Positions 1-7,465 of a stretch of 63,273 bases of DNA are shown piece after piece. The stretch comes from a virus (Duplodnaviria > Caudoviricetes): positions 1 to 63,273 of IMG/VR virus record IMGVR_UViG_3300008625_000012; one strand, 5' to 3'. The position numbers and the translations under genes were made by a program. Under the pieces are notes generated by a model that saw nothing but the letters and a program-made list of their open reading frames with translations, searched no databases and was not told where the DNA came from. How positions within the stretch are numbered: position 1 is the stretch's first letter; each line of letters begins with the position of its first letter.

Positions 1-140
1 CGACTATTTGATCGATTTTAGCCGCTGGTTATGGAACTGTGGCCAGCCGTGCTGGTGTCTGCCGGTATCGGGACTAACCTTAGCGGGCGGGCTGGGCAAA
101 AGGCCAACTGGGACAGGTCAGCACTCAAGGGAGATGGGGA

Positions 141-401
141 ATGATGAGTAACCTCACAGAAAAGGTGGCGCGGGCTTTAATGGACCGTATCGGGTGTCCG
201 TTTTCGTATGAGGAAATGCCGCCTGAAACAAAGTCTTTATGGGACGGTCACGCCAAAGCCGCCATCGCCGTTGTGCTGGATGATTTGATGGAGCCATCAG
301 ATAAGATGATTGAGGTGGGAGTGGTCCCGCGAGATGACGAAGGATTAGGGCAAGCGTTCAAAGCCATGATAGTCGCCAAGCGCGAGGAGTTGACGCGCTA
401 G
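141..401 (+). CDS. hypothetical phage protein (KVARAL...AKAAI...EPSDKMI family)
   Basis: 86-aa ORF with GGAG/GGGG SD; motif pattern familiar from small alphaproteobacterial phage proteins. Confidence 0.6.
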   Translation: MMSNLTEKVARALMDRIGCPFSYEEMPPETKSLWDGHAKAAIAVVLDDLMEPSDKMIEVGVVPRDDEGLGQAFKAMIVAKREELTR

Positions 402-418
402 AACAAACTACGTATAAG
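390..418 (+). promoter_or_regulatory. sigma70-like promoter P1 with embedded GAAC-N7-GTAT box
   Basis: TTGACG 390-395, 17-nt spacer, TATAAG 413-418; GAAC 401-404, GTAT 412-415. Confidence 0.65.
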
Positions 419-424
419 AAGTGT

Positions 425-512
425 GCGGCGTGAATGCCCAGAGCGTCGCATATATGGGCACAGCACCGATATGACCCCATTCCCCGGCGTAGTGCTGTGA
501 GCGTCGGGGGCC
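425..512 (+). ncRNA. candidate small structured RNA downstream of P1
   Basis: stems TGCCCA 435-440/TGGGCA 455-460, CACAGCAC 459-466/GTGCTGTG 492-499, CCCCGGCG 482-489/CGTCGGGG 502-509; no convincing ORF. Confidence 0.3.
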
Positions 513-541
513 TTGACATACTAGAACAAACTACGTATATA
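513..541 (+). promoter_or_regulatory. sigma70-like promoter P2, near-duplicate of P1
   Basis: TTGACA 513-518, 17-nt spacer, TATATA 536-541; shares CTAGAACAAACTACGTATA with P1. Confidence 0.65.
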
Positions 542-545
542 GATG

Positions 546-672
546 GGGACGGCCTTTCTCCCAGAACGTCCCGTCGCAGAGGCGCAGCAGGGTTAACCTC
601 CCGTTACCCTACACCCCTCTGGGCCTTAGTGGCCCTTCCCGGCATGGGGCTGTGCATGTCGGGAGATTATTT
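546..672 (+). ncRNA. candidate four-hairpin small RNA downstream of P2
   Basis: stems 546-551/567-572, 578-597/603-620, 621-625/631-635, 637-646/655-664, followed by a T-rich tail. Confidence 0.4.
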
Positions 673-694
673 CCAATAAATCAGTAGAACAAAC

Positions 695-724
695 TTGACA
701 CGTATAGAACATACGTGGGACAAG
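695..724 (+). promoter_or_regulatory. promoter P3 with GAAC-N7-GGAC box
   Basis: TTGACA 695-700, GAAC 707-710, GGAC 718-721; weak -10; ATG at 730 may be leaderless. Confidence 0.45.
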
Positions 725-729
725 GTTGC

Positions 730-921
730 ATGGCTGATCTCTTTCAGGGACCGTATAGATTGACTGGCGAGGAGGCGGGAATAAGCCCCGTTGACGCCTT
801 CAGGAATGACGTTATTGAGGTATGCGCGAAGGTGGCAGAGAGCCTCGACATTGGGCCAGAAGCCGGTGGTGATTACGCTGAAGAGATAGCGGCAGCAATA
901 AGGGCGCTGAAGGTTGACTAG
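730..921 (+). CDS. hypothetical protein
   Basis: ORF ending IEVCAKVAE...EIAAAIRALK, a common small phage protein pattern; start taken at ATG 730. Confidence 0.55.
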   Translation: MADLFQGPYRLTGEEAGISPVDAFRNDVIEVCAKVAESLDIGPEAGGDYAEEIAAAIRALKVD

Positions 922-1057
922 CTTTATTGCCATAGCAGCCGATTGCATTATCATCAGTGTGGCGGTGATGTATGTGCTAAAATTACTCTTTGAAGGATTG
1001 ATCTCGCTCCTCCTGTGGGCGCGGGACACGCTTGATTTTGAAGGGGGCTTTAAGTGA
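914..1057 (+). CDS. small membrane protein (47 aa, not in ORF track)
   Basis: TTG start overlapping the upstream stop, hydrophobic IAIAADCIIISVAVMYVLKLLFEGLISLLLW, stop overlaps next GTG. Confidence 0.45.
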   Translation: MTSFIAIAADCIIISVAVMYVLKLLFEGLISLLLWARDTLDFEGGFK

Positions 1058-1239
1058 TTGGCGTTATTGGCAGGGTGGCGCGTGCCATCACCACGATGAC
1101 CGGGCAGGACTACAAAGACCCGGAGGTCTATAATGAGGCCGCTAAGGCGGTTATTGCTATTGTAAAAGAACATGACCCGGAAATACTGCGCTGGAAACAG
1201 GCCGCAGACCGGGAACATAAGCGGGATTTTGGAGAATAA
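1054..1239 (+). CDS. hypothetical protein (RVARAI...AKAVI motif)
   Basis: GTGA coupling with upstream ORF; similar motif to 141-401. Confidence 0.5.
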   Translation: MIGVIGRVARAITTMTGQDYKDPEVYNEAAKAVIAIVKEHDPEILRWKQAADREHKRDFGE

Positions 1240-1255
1240 CTCAATGGGGGGTATA

Positions 1256-1501
1256 ATGAGCGCGAAGAAGCACTGCACCAAATGCACGATGACGTTCAAT
1301 ATTGGCAAGCCATATCAGGCAAAGACCCAAGGAGAGGTGGATAAGGTGCGCTGTCCTGAATGTAATCTACGGTTCCACCACGCCCAGCGGAGCGCCAAGG
1401 GCACTGACCAGAAGTGTCATGTGTGGACCGATGATGAGCGCGGCCAGTTGCAAAACGGTGCGTTCCCAATTCTGCATAAGGATGACCAGCCTTCAGGGTA
1501 A
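1256..1501 (+). CDS. Zn-ribbon protein
   Basis: CTKC...CPEC pairs; start MSAKKHC at 1256. Confidence 0.5.
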   Translation: MSAKKHCTKCTMTFNIGKPYQAKTQGEVDKVRCPECNLRFHHAQRSAKGTDQKCHVWTDDERGQLQNGAFPILHKDDQPSG

Positions 1502-1645
1502 GCGGTATATTTGCGGCGTCGGTCTTCCTGTGGCTGGTAACGCTGCCGGGACAGGCGCTGGCCCCTGTGCTTTTTGATAATATCCCCCAACCCATACCCC
1601 TCACTGTCAAAGGCGATTATCCCACGGGGGGAGGGTTTCCAAAAT

Positions 1646-2335
1646 ATGCACCAAACTATTAATATTGACCGGCCACCACTGTCGAAGGTGAGGTGGCTGG
1701 CGTCGTTTCCCAAGTCGGGAAATACGTGGGTGCGGATATTTTTGGCAAACCTCATGATTGAAAGAGATCGACCCCTGACGCTCAACGAGGTCTCATCCAT
1801 ACCGTTCTACACTGACGCCAAGCCTGAGACGAGCTGTCAGAAGGAATACATCGGCAAGGCCCACCACCCCTACTCAGAGAAGCGCCACGGCACCAAAAAG
1901 GCCATTTATATAGTCCGCGACCCCGTGGATGTGGTGCCTAGCTGTGCCGCCTTCTTTAACGTAACCATCACCAGAATGGCCGATGAGGTGGCGCGGGACT
2001 GGCCGCGTCATGTGGCCTCTTGGTGGCCGCACACGGAACTTGTTTTGAAGTACGAGAACATGCCGAATAATTTCAAGGAACTCGCCAAGACGCTGGATTT
2101 CCCCCATGACTTTGAAAACGTCATGAGGGCCACGTCATATTCCAGTTTCGACCTTCTGAAGAAAGACGAAACCGAAAACGGCTTCGTGGAAGCCTCAGAC
2201 ACGGGTGGTGAGTTCTTCCGAAAAGGGACTGTCGGTCAAGGCCGCGAGGTCATGACCGACGCCCAAGTCGCAAAGATCGTCCGTGGTGCCGGTGAATGGT
2301 ATGACCGGCTAGGTTATGGTGAGATAGAGCATTGA
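1646..2335 (+). CDS. PAPS-dependent sulfotransferase (Sulfotransfer_1-like)
   Basis: WLASFPKSGNTW 5'-PSB loop, IYIVRDPVD 3'-PB motif, LKYE, C-terminal FFRKGTVG. Confidence 0.9.
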   Translation: MHQTINIDRPPLSKVRWLASFPKSGNTWVRIFLANLMIERDRPLTLNEVSSIPFYTDAKPETSCQKEYIGKAHHPYSEKRHGTKKAIYIVRDPVDVVPSCAAFFNVTITRMADEVARDWPRHVASWWPHTELVLKYENMPNNFKELAKTLDFPHDFENVMRATSYSSFDLLKKDETENGFVEASDTGGEFFRKGTVGQGREVMTDAQVAKIVRGAGEWYDRLGYGEIEH

Positions 2336-2896
2336 GACTGACACAGCGCCCCAAAGCCATTCCCCAATGGTTCCGCCGCCGTCAATCCCAAGCACCTTCT
2401 TCACCCACTCAGGAGACTGACGAGAGCCGTCGTTCGGCTGTATTGTCCAGCCAATCCAGTAAGAAAACGCCTTCCCTATTCCCACGACCCAAAAACCGTT
2501 CTGATAACCCGCAATCTCCAAAGCCCCCCAGACAGGAACCGTGAGAGCAAAGCCCGTGAGGGCCATGCCGAAGAAGTCCCTGCGGAGGTTGCCGCCGTCT
2601 TCCTCTGACATGCCGGGAAGCACATCCAAGAGCGGCGCAAAGAACTCATTGTCCTTGCCGGGGCTGGCCCCGAAGTCCATGTAGGAGCCGTGGCCCATCA
2701 CAATCCCCCACCACGGACAGATGATACCCACCAACATTGCCAGACCAAGAGGGACACCGGCGAGGAACAATGCAAGAACGTAGCAAGCGGCCATCATCAG
2801 CCGCTTCACCACTTTCGGCACGTTGAACCAGTCCGGCCAGCCGCCCTTCATTCTCCCAACCACACCCCCCAGCCCGAAAAGAATTGCTCCAAACAT
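2309..2896 (-). CDS. multi-pass membrane protein
   Basis: start MFGAILFGLGG at 2896 with AAGGAG SD; several hydrophobic segments; GEWLWG near the C-terminus. Confidence 0.7.
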   Translation of the reverse strand: MFGAILFGLGGVVGRMKGGWPDWFNVPKVVKRLMMAACYVLALFLAGVPLGLAMLVGIICPWWGIVMGHGSYMDFGASPGKDNEFFAPLLDVLPGMSEEDGGNLRRDFFGMALTGFALTVPVWGALEIAGYQNGFWVVGIGKAFSYWIGWTIQPNDGSRQSPEWVKKVLGIDGGGTIGEWLWGAVSVSMLYLTIT

Positions 2897-2910
2897 GGTT
2901 AATCTCCTTG

Positions 2911-2950
2911 TTGACAAACACGAACAAAAATGAAACATTAGTGCTATGAT
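2911..2950 (+). promoter_or_regulatory. promoter with GAAC-N7-AAAC box
   Basis: TTGACA 2911-2916, GAAC 2922-2925 (same 5-nt offset as P1/P2), extended -10-like TGCTATGAT 2942-2950. Confidence 0.45.
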
Positions 2951-3125
2951 ATTAGCATATGAATGTAAGGCCCTCCACTCTAAATGGCGGGCATCGGCGT
3001 CATGACCTATCTCCGTTTGGAAAATAGGCTTCCTTAAGGGCAGCAGGGCCGGGGTTTTACTGCAAGGTTGTCCCCTCATGAGCCTGTAAGGTAGCCATCC
3101 GGTGCGTTTTTTAAGGAAACTAGCG

Positions 3126-3218
3126 ATGAGCAACTTCGCAATCGGGCTTTTAGTTGGTATAGTTTGTGTCAGTATGTCGTTTATGACGCTTTGGTATGCA
3201 GGAGTGCTGGCATGGTGA
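3126..3218 (+). CDS. 30-aa single-TM peptide (not in ORF track)
   Basis: TAAGGA SD; MSNFAIGLLVGIVCVSMSFMTLWYAGVLAW; ATGGTGA overlap with the next gene. Confidence 0.45.
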   Translation: MSNFAIGLLVGIVCVSMSFMTLWYAGVLAW

Positions 3219-3502
3219 GCCATGTGGACAAACTGAGAACAGACCCGGCCACAAAAGAGTATCGGGACAACCACGAACGTATTTTTGGGCCTCCAAAGGG
3301 GGCTGGGAAGGTCGATGAGGCCACGCGCCGCCGCATGAGAGCTGAACATCACAATAAATTAGTGGCAGATGGCAAGAAAGACGCCCAATATTACCTCGAC
3401 CATGAGGTCAGGGTGGCACAAAACCCGAATTTTATCGCCCAACCCGACATCACAGAGGAATATCGGCATGGATGGGACGAAATCTTCGGAAAAACCCCCT
3501 AG
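3212..3502 (+). CDS. hypothetical protein with repeated EYR...(W/H)(D/E).IFG motif
   Basis: GGAG SD before ATG 3212; KEYRDNHERIFG and EEYRHGWDEIFG internal repeat. Confidence 0.6.
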   Translation: MVSHVDKLRTDPATKEYRDNHERIFGPPKGAGKVDEATRRRMRAEHHNKLVADGKKDAQYYLDHEVRVAQNPNFIAQPDITEEYRHGWDEIFGKTP

Positions 3503-3580
3503 ATGCCTGTTTTGGAGTAGGGATAAGAAAAAATGCCGATATTCCGTTGTCAAAATGGCCGGACTGGCGTTGTGTAAAGA

Positions 3581-3856
3581 ATGTCCGCACTACAAGAAAG
3601 AGAAGAAGACGAAGCCGAAGATGATGGGTGCCCGCATTGCGACGTAGTGACCCTTTTTCTGGATTATGCTCGTCTGGGATGGGAGGCCCCGGAAATAATC
3701 GCCTCTCTCATGGAAGGTATGGCCTTTTTGGTCGCGTCTGCCCCGGAAGAACACCGGGAGAATATGACACGGGCCATCGAAGACGGGTTTAGCGAGGCCG
3801 TCGATAATTCCGTGGATATAACGATGCTTCATAACTATACCGGAACTGAACATTAA
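3581..3856 (+). CDS. hypothetical acidic protein (CPHC)
   Basis: 91-aa ORF filling the operon space. Confidence 0.5.
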   Translation: MSALQEREEDEAEDDGCPHCDVVTLFLDYARLGWEAPEIIASLMEGMAFLVASAPEEHRENMTRAIEDGFSEAVDNSVDITMLHNYTGTEH

Positions 3857-3874
3857 GGAATGTTCTCTAAAGGG

Positions 3875-3916
3875 TTGACGTTTGGGCATTAAATGTCTAC
3901 AGTTCGTTCCATGTTT
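3875..3916 (+). promoter_or_regulatory. promoter with overlapping GTTC-N7-GTTT box
   Basis: TTGACG 3875-3880, 17-nt spacer, TACAGT 3898-3903; GTTC 3902-3905, GTTT 3913-3916; ATG 3911 at the expected start site. Confidence 0.55.
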
Positions 3917-4483
3917 GAAACAATCCGAACTTTATTCGGCTTCTCCCGGCCTGAGGAAGGCCTCTGCAATGAGGTCACATGGAGGCCGGAGAATGCCATT
4001 GATCGCTGCATAGCGGAAGCGAGGGCCAACGCATTATCAAATCGCATGAACTCGCAGCTTGCGGCAAACAAGGCTCACGCGAAGATGCAGCAGGCACTGA
4101 AGGCGCGTCTTGATCAGGAAGACATAGAACAACAGTTGATGGGGACACAGATGGGTGGTGGAGCAGGATTGGGCGGTCAGCTTGGGGTGGCGGCAATGGC
4201 GACCCAGCCGCTTAGTGATTTACAGGTTGGCCTCAACGCCGTGTATGGCTCCAACGTAGGGACGGGCACCAAATCAAGCGTCAGGATTAGTGTGGGAACG
4301 GCCATAGAAAACGACATCAAGAAACAGGGTGGCGAGGTAAAGGATGCAGACCGTGTGGCACGGGCAGCGGTAAGGGAAATTCGTTCTGTGGGGGACGAGG
4401 TCTTTAAGGCCGCTGGCGTTAAACCTGAGTTTCACAAGGAAACTTTCATTAAAATCATCGATGAGATTATGAAGGGCTTGTAG
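3911..4483 (+). CDS. hypothetical protein
   Basis: long ORF directly downstream of a promoter; C-terminal RVARAAVREIR motif. Confidence 0.65.
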   Translation: MFETIRTLFGFSRPEEGLCNEVTWRPENAIDRCIAEARANALSNRMNSQLAANKAHAKMQQALKARLDQEDIEQQLMGTQMGGGAGLGGQLGVAAMATQPLSDLQVGLNAVYGSNVGTGTKSSVRISVGTAIENDIKKQGGEVKDADRVARAAVREIRSVGDEVFKAAGVKPEFHKETFIKIIDEIMKGL

Positions 4484-4485
4484 CC

Positions 4486-4791
4486 ATGACCCCACGTCAG
4501 AAAGATTGTTTGGATTTTATCAGTAGCCACTGGCTCGAAAAGGGCTACGCACCGTCCTACGACGAGATCAAAGAGGCATTGGGTGCCAAAAGCAAGTCCT
4601 CTGTGGCTGCTTTGGTATCCAAGCTGGAGGAGCGGGGGTATATTCAACGGATGCCCAACCTTGCCCGGTCTATCCGTTTAGTGGCGGCACCACTCCCCCC
4701 AGAGTTGCCGTCGCCGGAAGAGGCCCCCGCTCCTCCAGTAAAAGAAGTCACCGCTTCTGAGGAAATCGAAGAAGCAGCCCCTTGGGACTAA
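4486..4791 (+). CDS. LexA-like winged-helix DNA-binding domain protein lacking the autoprotease domain
   Basis: MTPRQ..LDFI......GYAPSYDEIKEALGAKSKSSV..LV..LEERGYIQR.PN.ARSI matches the alphaproteobacterial LexA N-terminus; followed only by a Pro/Glu-rich tail. Confidence 0.85.
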   Translation: MTPRQKDCLDFISSHWLEKGYAPSYDEIKEALGAKSKSSVAALVSKLEERGYIQRMPNLARSIRLVAAPLPPELPSPEEAPAPPVKEVTASEEIEEAAPWD

Positions 4792-4803
4792 CAGGAGACA
4801 CCA

Positions 4804-4974
4804 ATGAGTACTCTGGATGAAATTGAGTTAGAGTTTGCCAACTGGCAGCAGGAAGACGCAAAGTTTCGTGCTGGCAACAAATCCGCCGGTACCCGCGCCC
4901 GCAAGGCGTTAATGGAACTGACAAAGGCCGCTAAGACACGTCGCAAAGAGATCACCGACATCAAGAACGCCTAG
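4804..4974 (+). CDS. histone H1-like (Hc1-type) small basic protein, 56 aa (not in ORF track)
   Basis: AGGAG SD; MSTLDEIELEFANWQQEDAKFRAGNKSAGTRARKALMELTKAAKTRRKEITDIKNA with GNKSAGTRARKAL signature. Confidence 0.8.
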   Translation: MSTLDEIELEFANWQQEDAKFRAGNKSAGTRARKALMELTKAAKTRRKEITDIKNA

Positions 4975-4992
4975 CCACTTTCCCGCCAACTT

Positions 4993-5023
4993 GCCCCGGA
5001 ACCCTGTTCCGGGGTATTTTTTT
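4993..5023 (+). terminator. Rho-independent terminator
   Basis: GCCCCGGAA ccctg TTCCGGGGT stem followed by a T7 run. Confidence 0.7.
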
Positions 5024-5026
5024 AAA

Positions 5027-7456
5027 ATGATACCGACCAATATTGAAGAATACCTCGACAGGCTGCATGAGCTTCCACCGGAAGAGCAGCGGGACATCCT
5101 GTCGATATTGGACAGGCTGGATACAGCCACGTCCCGCAAGACCGCCAAGATCAGCTTCCTCGACTTCGTAAAGAAGGTGTGGCCCCAGTTCGTAGAGGGC
5201 TATCATCATAAGATTATGGCAGAAGCGTTTGAGCGCGTCGCCAGAGGGGAACTGAAGCGGCTCATTATCAATATGGCCCCGCGCCACACCAAATCAGAGT
5301 TCGCCTCCCACCTGTTCCCGGCGTGGTTTCTGGGGCAGTACCCAGATAAATATGTCATCCAAGCCTCCAACACCGCTGACCTCGCGGTGGACTTCGGGCG
5401 TAAGGTGCGTGACACCATAGGCGACCCGGCGTTTCAGGAGGTCTTTCCCGATGTTGCCATTCACCCGGACGCTGCGGCGGCGGGCAAATGGAAGACCACC
5501 GCCAAGGGGGAGTATTTCGCCATCGGCACGGGCGGCACCCTGACTGGCCGTGGCGGGGATTTAATCATCCTTGATGACCCTCATTCCGAACAAGAGGCGA
5601 AACAAGCTGAAACAAAGCCCGAAATCTACGACAGTGTTTTTGAATGGTATACGTCTGGACCCCGCCAGCGTGTGCAGCCGGGAGCGGCGATTGTCATTGT
5701 TATGTGTATGACCGGGGACACGAACGTCCTGATGGCGGATGGCGTAGAGAAACAGTTGCGCCACCTACGTGCTGGAGATGAGGTAGCTACATACGATAAA
5801 GGGGCATTAACTACCTCAAAAGTAAACAACTGGCGGTCAAGTGGTGTTGATTTTGTATATACAATACAAACACAATCTGGCAATATACTCCGGGCCAACG
5901 GGAGACATCCGTTTCTCGTAGAGAAAAATGGGGTATGTGAATGGAAGCGTCTAAAAGAGTTAAGACCGGGGATGGCGCTTGTCTCACTGAGGGATGTAAT
6001 AGGCCCCCAAGGGCAAAAACCAAGCCCGGTCTCTGTAGTGCATGTACGGCAAAAAAGAGTTACCACAAAAAAAATCCACAGGCACCCTACCGTCCGGTGG
6101 GACACCACGGTAAGTATAAGGGAAAAACTTGCAAGGTGGGCGGGTGCAATAAGCCCGCTTACTCGAATGAAATGTGTAAATCGCACAACAACAGTGTTGC
6201 TTGGGCTTCTGGTAAATATAAGGAAACTTCTGCCCAAAACAGGGCGCGACGGATTAAGCATAGGTACGGCATCACTGTTGATGACTATGATCGAATGGTT
6301 GAGGAGCAAGGCGGAAAATGCGCTGTGTGCGGAAACCCTCCTTCCTCTACCAACACTCGCGCACATTGGAATGGAAAACTATGTATTGACCATTGCCACG
6401 CCACTGGAAAGGTCAGGGGCCTCCTTTGCAACGACTGCAATCTTGCCGTTGGATACGCAAAGTCAGAAAAAACAGCACTGGCAATCGCAGAATACTTCAG
6501 GGTTCACGTTGGACAGAATAGTGGGGATACGGCCTGATGGTGAGGAAGAGGTGTTTGATGTAGAGGTAGACCGTACGGAGAATTTTATCGCTAACGGTGT
6601 GGTGAGCCACAATACCCGCTGGTCCAAGCGCGATCTCACTGGGCGCGTCCTCAAGGCCGCTGCGGAGAAGGACGGGGACGAATGGGAGGTGATTGAGCTT
6701 CCCGCTATATTGCCATCAGGGAAACCAATCTGGCCTGAGTATTGGCCGGAAAAAGAGATACTGGCAATAAAGGATGAGCTTCCCATCCCCAAATGGATGG
6801 CCCAGTATCAGCAGCGCCCCACCGCAGAAGAGGGGGCGTTAATAAAAAGGGAGTGGTGGCAGAGGTGGCCGCACAGGCAAACGCCTCATGTGGAATTTAT
6901 CATCCAATCGTGGGATACGGCGTTTCTCAAGACGGAGCGTTCGGATTACTCAGCCTGCACGACGTGGGGGGTGTTTCTCCACGAACACGAAGAAACCGGC
7001 AATATGATGCCCAATCTGATATTGCTGGACGCCTTCCGCAAACGCATGGAGTTTCCAGAACTCAAGAAGACGGCGTTTGAGATGTATAAGCAGTGGGAGC
7101 CGGAAGCCTTCGTGGTGGAGAAGCGTGCCAGTGGTGCCCCGCTAATATTTGAACTGCGCGAAATGGGCATCCCGGTAGGGGAATTTACGCCCTCAAGAGG
7201 CAACGACAAGATAGCCCGTGTAAATGCTGTTTCCGATTTGTTCGCATCTGGTGTAGTATGGGCACCTGAACACCGGTGGGCAGACGAAGTGATTGAGGAG
7301 TTTGCGGAATTTCCAGCCGGTGAGCATGATGACTATGTGGACAGTTCCACACAGGCCCTGCTACGTTACCGGCAGGGCGGGTTTGTTCAAACGCTTCAGG
7401 ATGAGGAGGAAGAGGATGTCCAGATACTCCCGCTCCCGAAGTATGAATATTATTAG
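5027..7456 (+). CDS. terL: terminase large subunit (intein-containing)
   Basis: LIINMAPRHTKS Walker A variant, LIILDDP Walker B, IVM|TRW coupling motif, SWDTA and HDDYVDS RNase H-like nuclease motifs. Confidence 0.95.
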   Translation: MIPTNIEEYLDRLHELPPEEQRDILSILDRLDTATSRKTAKISFLDFVKKVWPQFVEGYHHKIMAEAFERVARGELKRLIINMAPRHTKSEFASHLFPAWFLGQYPDKYVIQASNTADLAVDFGRKVRDTIGDPAFQEVFPDVAIHPDAAAAGKWKTTAKGEYFAIGTGGTLTGRGGDLIILDDPHSEQEAKQAETKPEIYDSVFEWYTSGPRQRVQPGAAIVIVMCMTGDTNVLMADGVEKQLRHLRAGDEVATYDKGALTTSKVNNWRSSGVDFVYTIQTQSGNILRANGRHPFLVEKNGVCEWKRLKELRPGMALVSLRDVIGPQGQKPSPVSVVHVRQKRVTTKKIHRHPTVRWDTTVSIREKLARWAGAISPLTRMKCVNRTTTVLLGLLVNIRKLLPKTGRDGLSIGTASLLMTMIEWLRSKAENALCAETLLPLPTLAHIGMENYVLTIATPLERSGASFATTAILPLDTQSQKKQHWQSQNTSGFTLDRIVGIRPDGEEEVFDVEVDRTENFIANGVVSHNTRWSKRDLTGRVLKAAAEKDGDEWEVIELPAILPSGKPIWPEYWPEKEILAIKDELPIPKWMAQYQQRPTAEEGALIKREWWQRWPHRQTPHVEFIIQSWDTAFLKTERSDYSACTTWGVFLHEHEETGNMMPNLILLDAFRKRMEFPELKKTAFEMYKQWEPEAFVVEKRASGAPLIFELREMGIPVGEFTPSRGNDKIARVNAVSDLFASGVVWAPEHRWADEVIEEFAEFPAGEHDDYVDSSTQALLRYRQGGFVQTLQDEEEEDVQILPLPKYEYY
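5705..6613 (+). mobile_element. intein (303 aa) in terminase
   Basis: block A CMTGDTNVLMADG, block B NGRHPF, block F/G VFDVEVDRTENFIANGVVSHN followed by +1 Thr; removal restores AIVIVM-TRW. Confidence 0.95.
5941..6537 (+). CDS. endonuclease VII-type HNH homing endonuclease nested in an alternative frame inside the intein
   Basis: YGIT..DYDRM..EQGGKCAVC...IDHCHATGKVRGLLCNDCN; N-terminal C-x4-C...C-x2-(C/H) repeats; GGGG SD-like site upstream. Confidence 0.9.
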   Translation: MEASKRVKTGDGACLTEGCNRPPRAKTKPGLCSACTAKKSYHKKNPQAPYRPVGHHGKYKGKTCKVGGCNKPAYSNEMCKSHNNSVAWASGKYKETSAQNRARRIKHRYGITVDDYDRMVEEQGGKCAVCGNPPSSTNTRAHWNGKLCIDHCHATGKVRGLLCNDCNLAVGYAKSEKTALAIAEYFRVHVGQNSGDTA

Positions 7457-7465
7457 GGGCAAGGC

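Noticed and set aside
399-716. TAGAACAAACT repeats as a mini-CRISPR array
   Set aside because: Only 2-3 short copies with unequal, long spacers; the repeats coincide with promoter spacers; no cas operon
667-1308. 213-aa minus-strand ORF
   Set aside because: Antisense to a chain of coupled + strand genes; no recognisable features
2897-3352. N-terminal 152-aa extension of the 2309 membrane protein in the ORF track
   Set aside because: A strong SD sits at ATG 2896; the extension runs over a promoter and + strand genes
5626-6366. 246-aa minus-strand ORF across the intein (apparent third open frame)
   Set aside because: No motif or SD; best explained as the antisense shadow of two overlapping open frames
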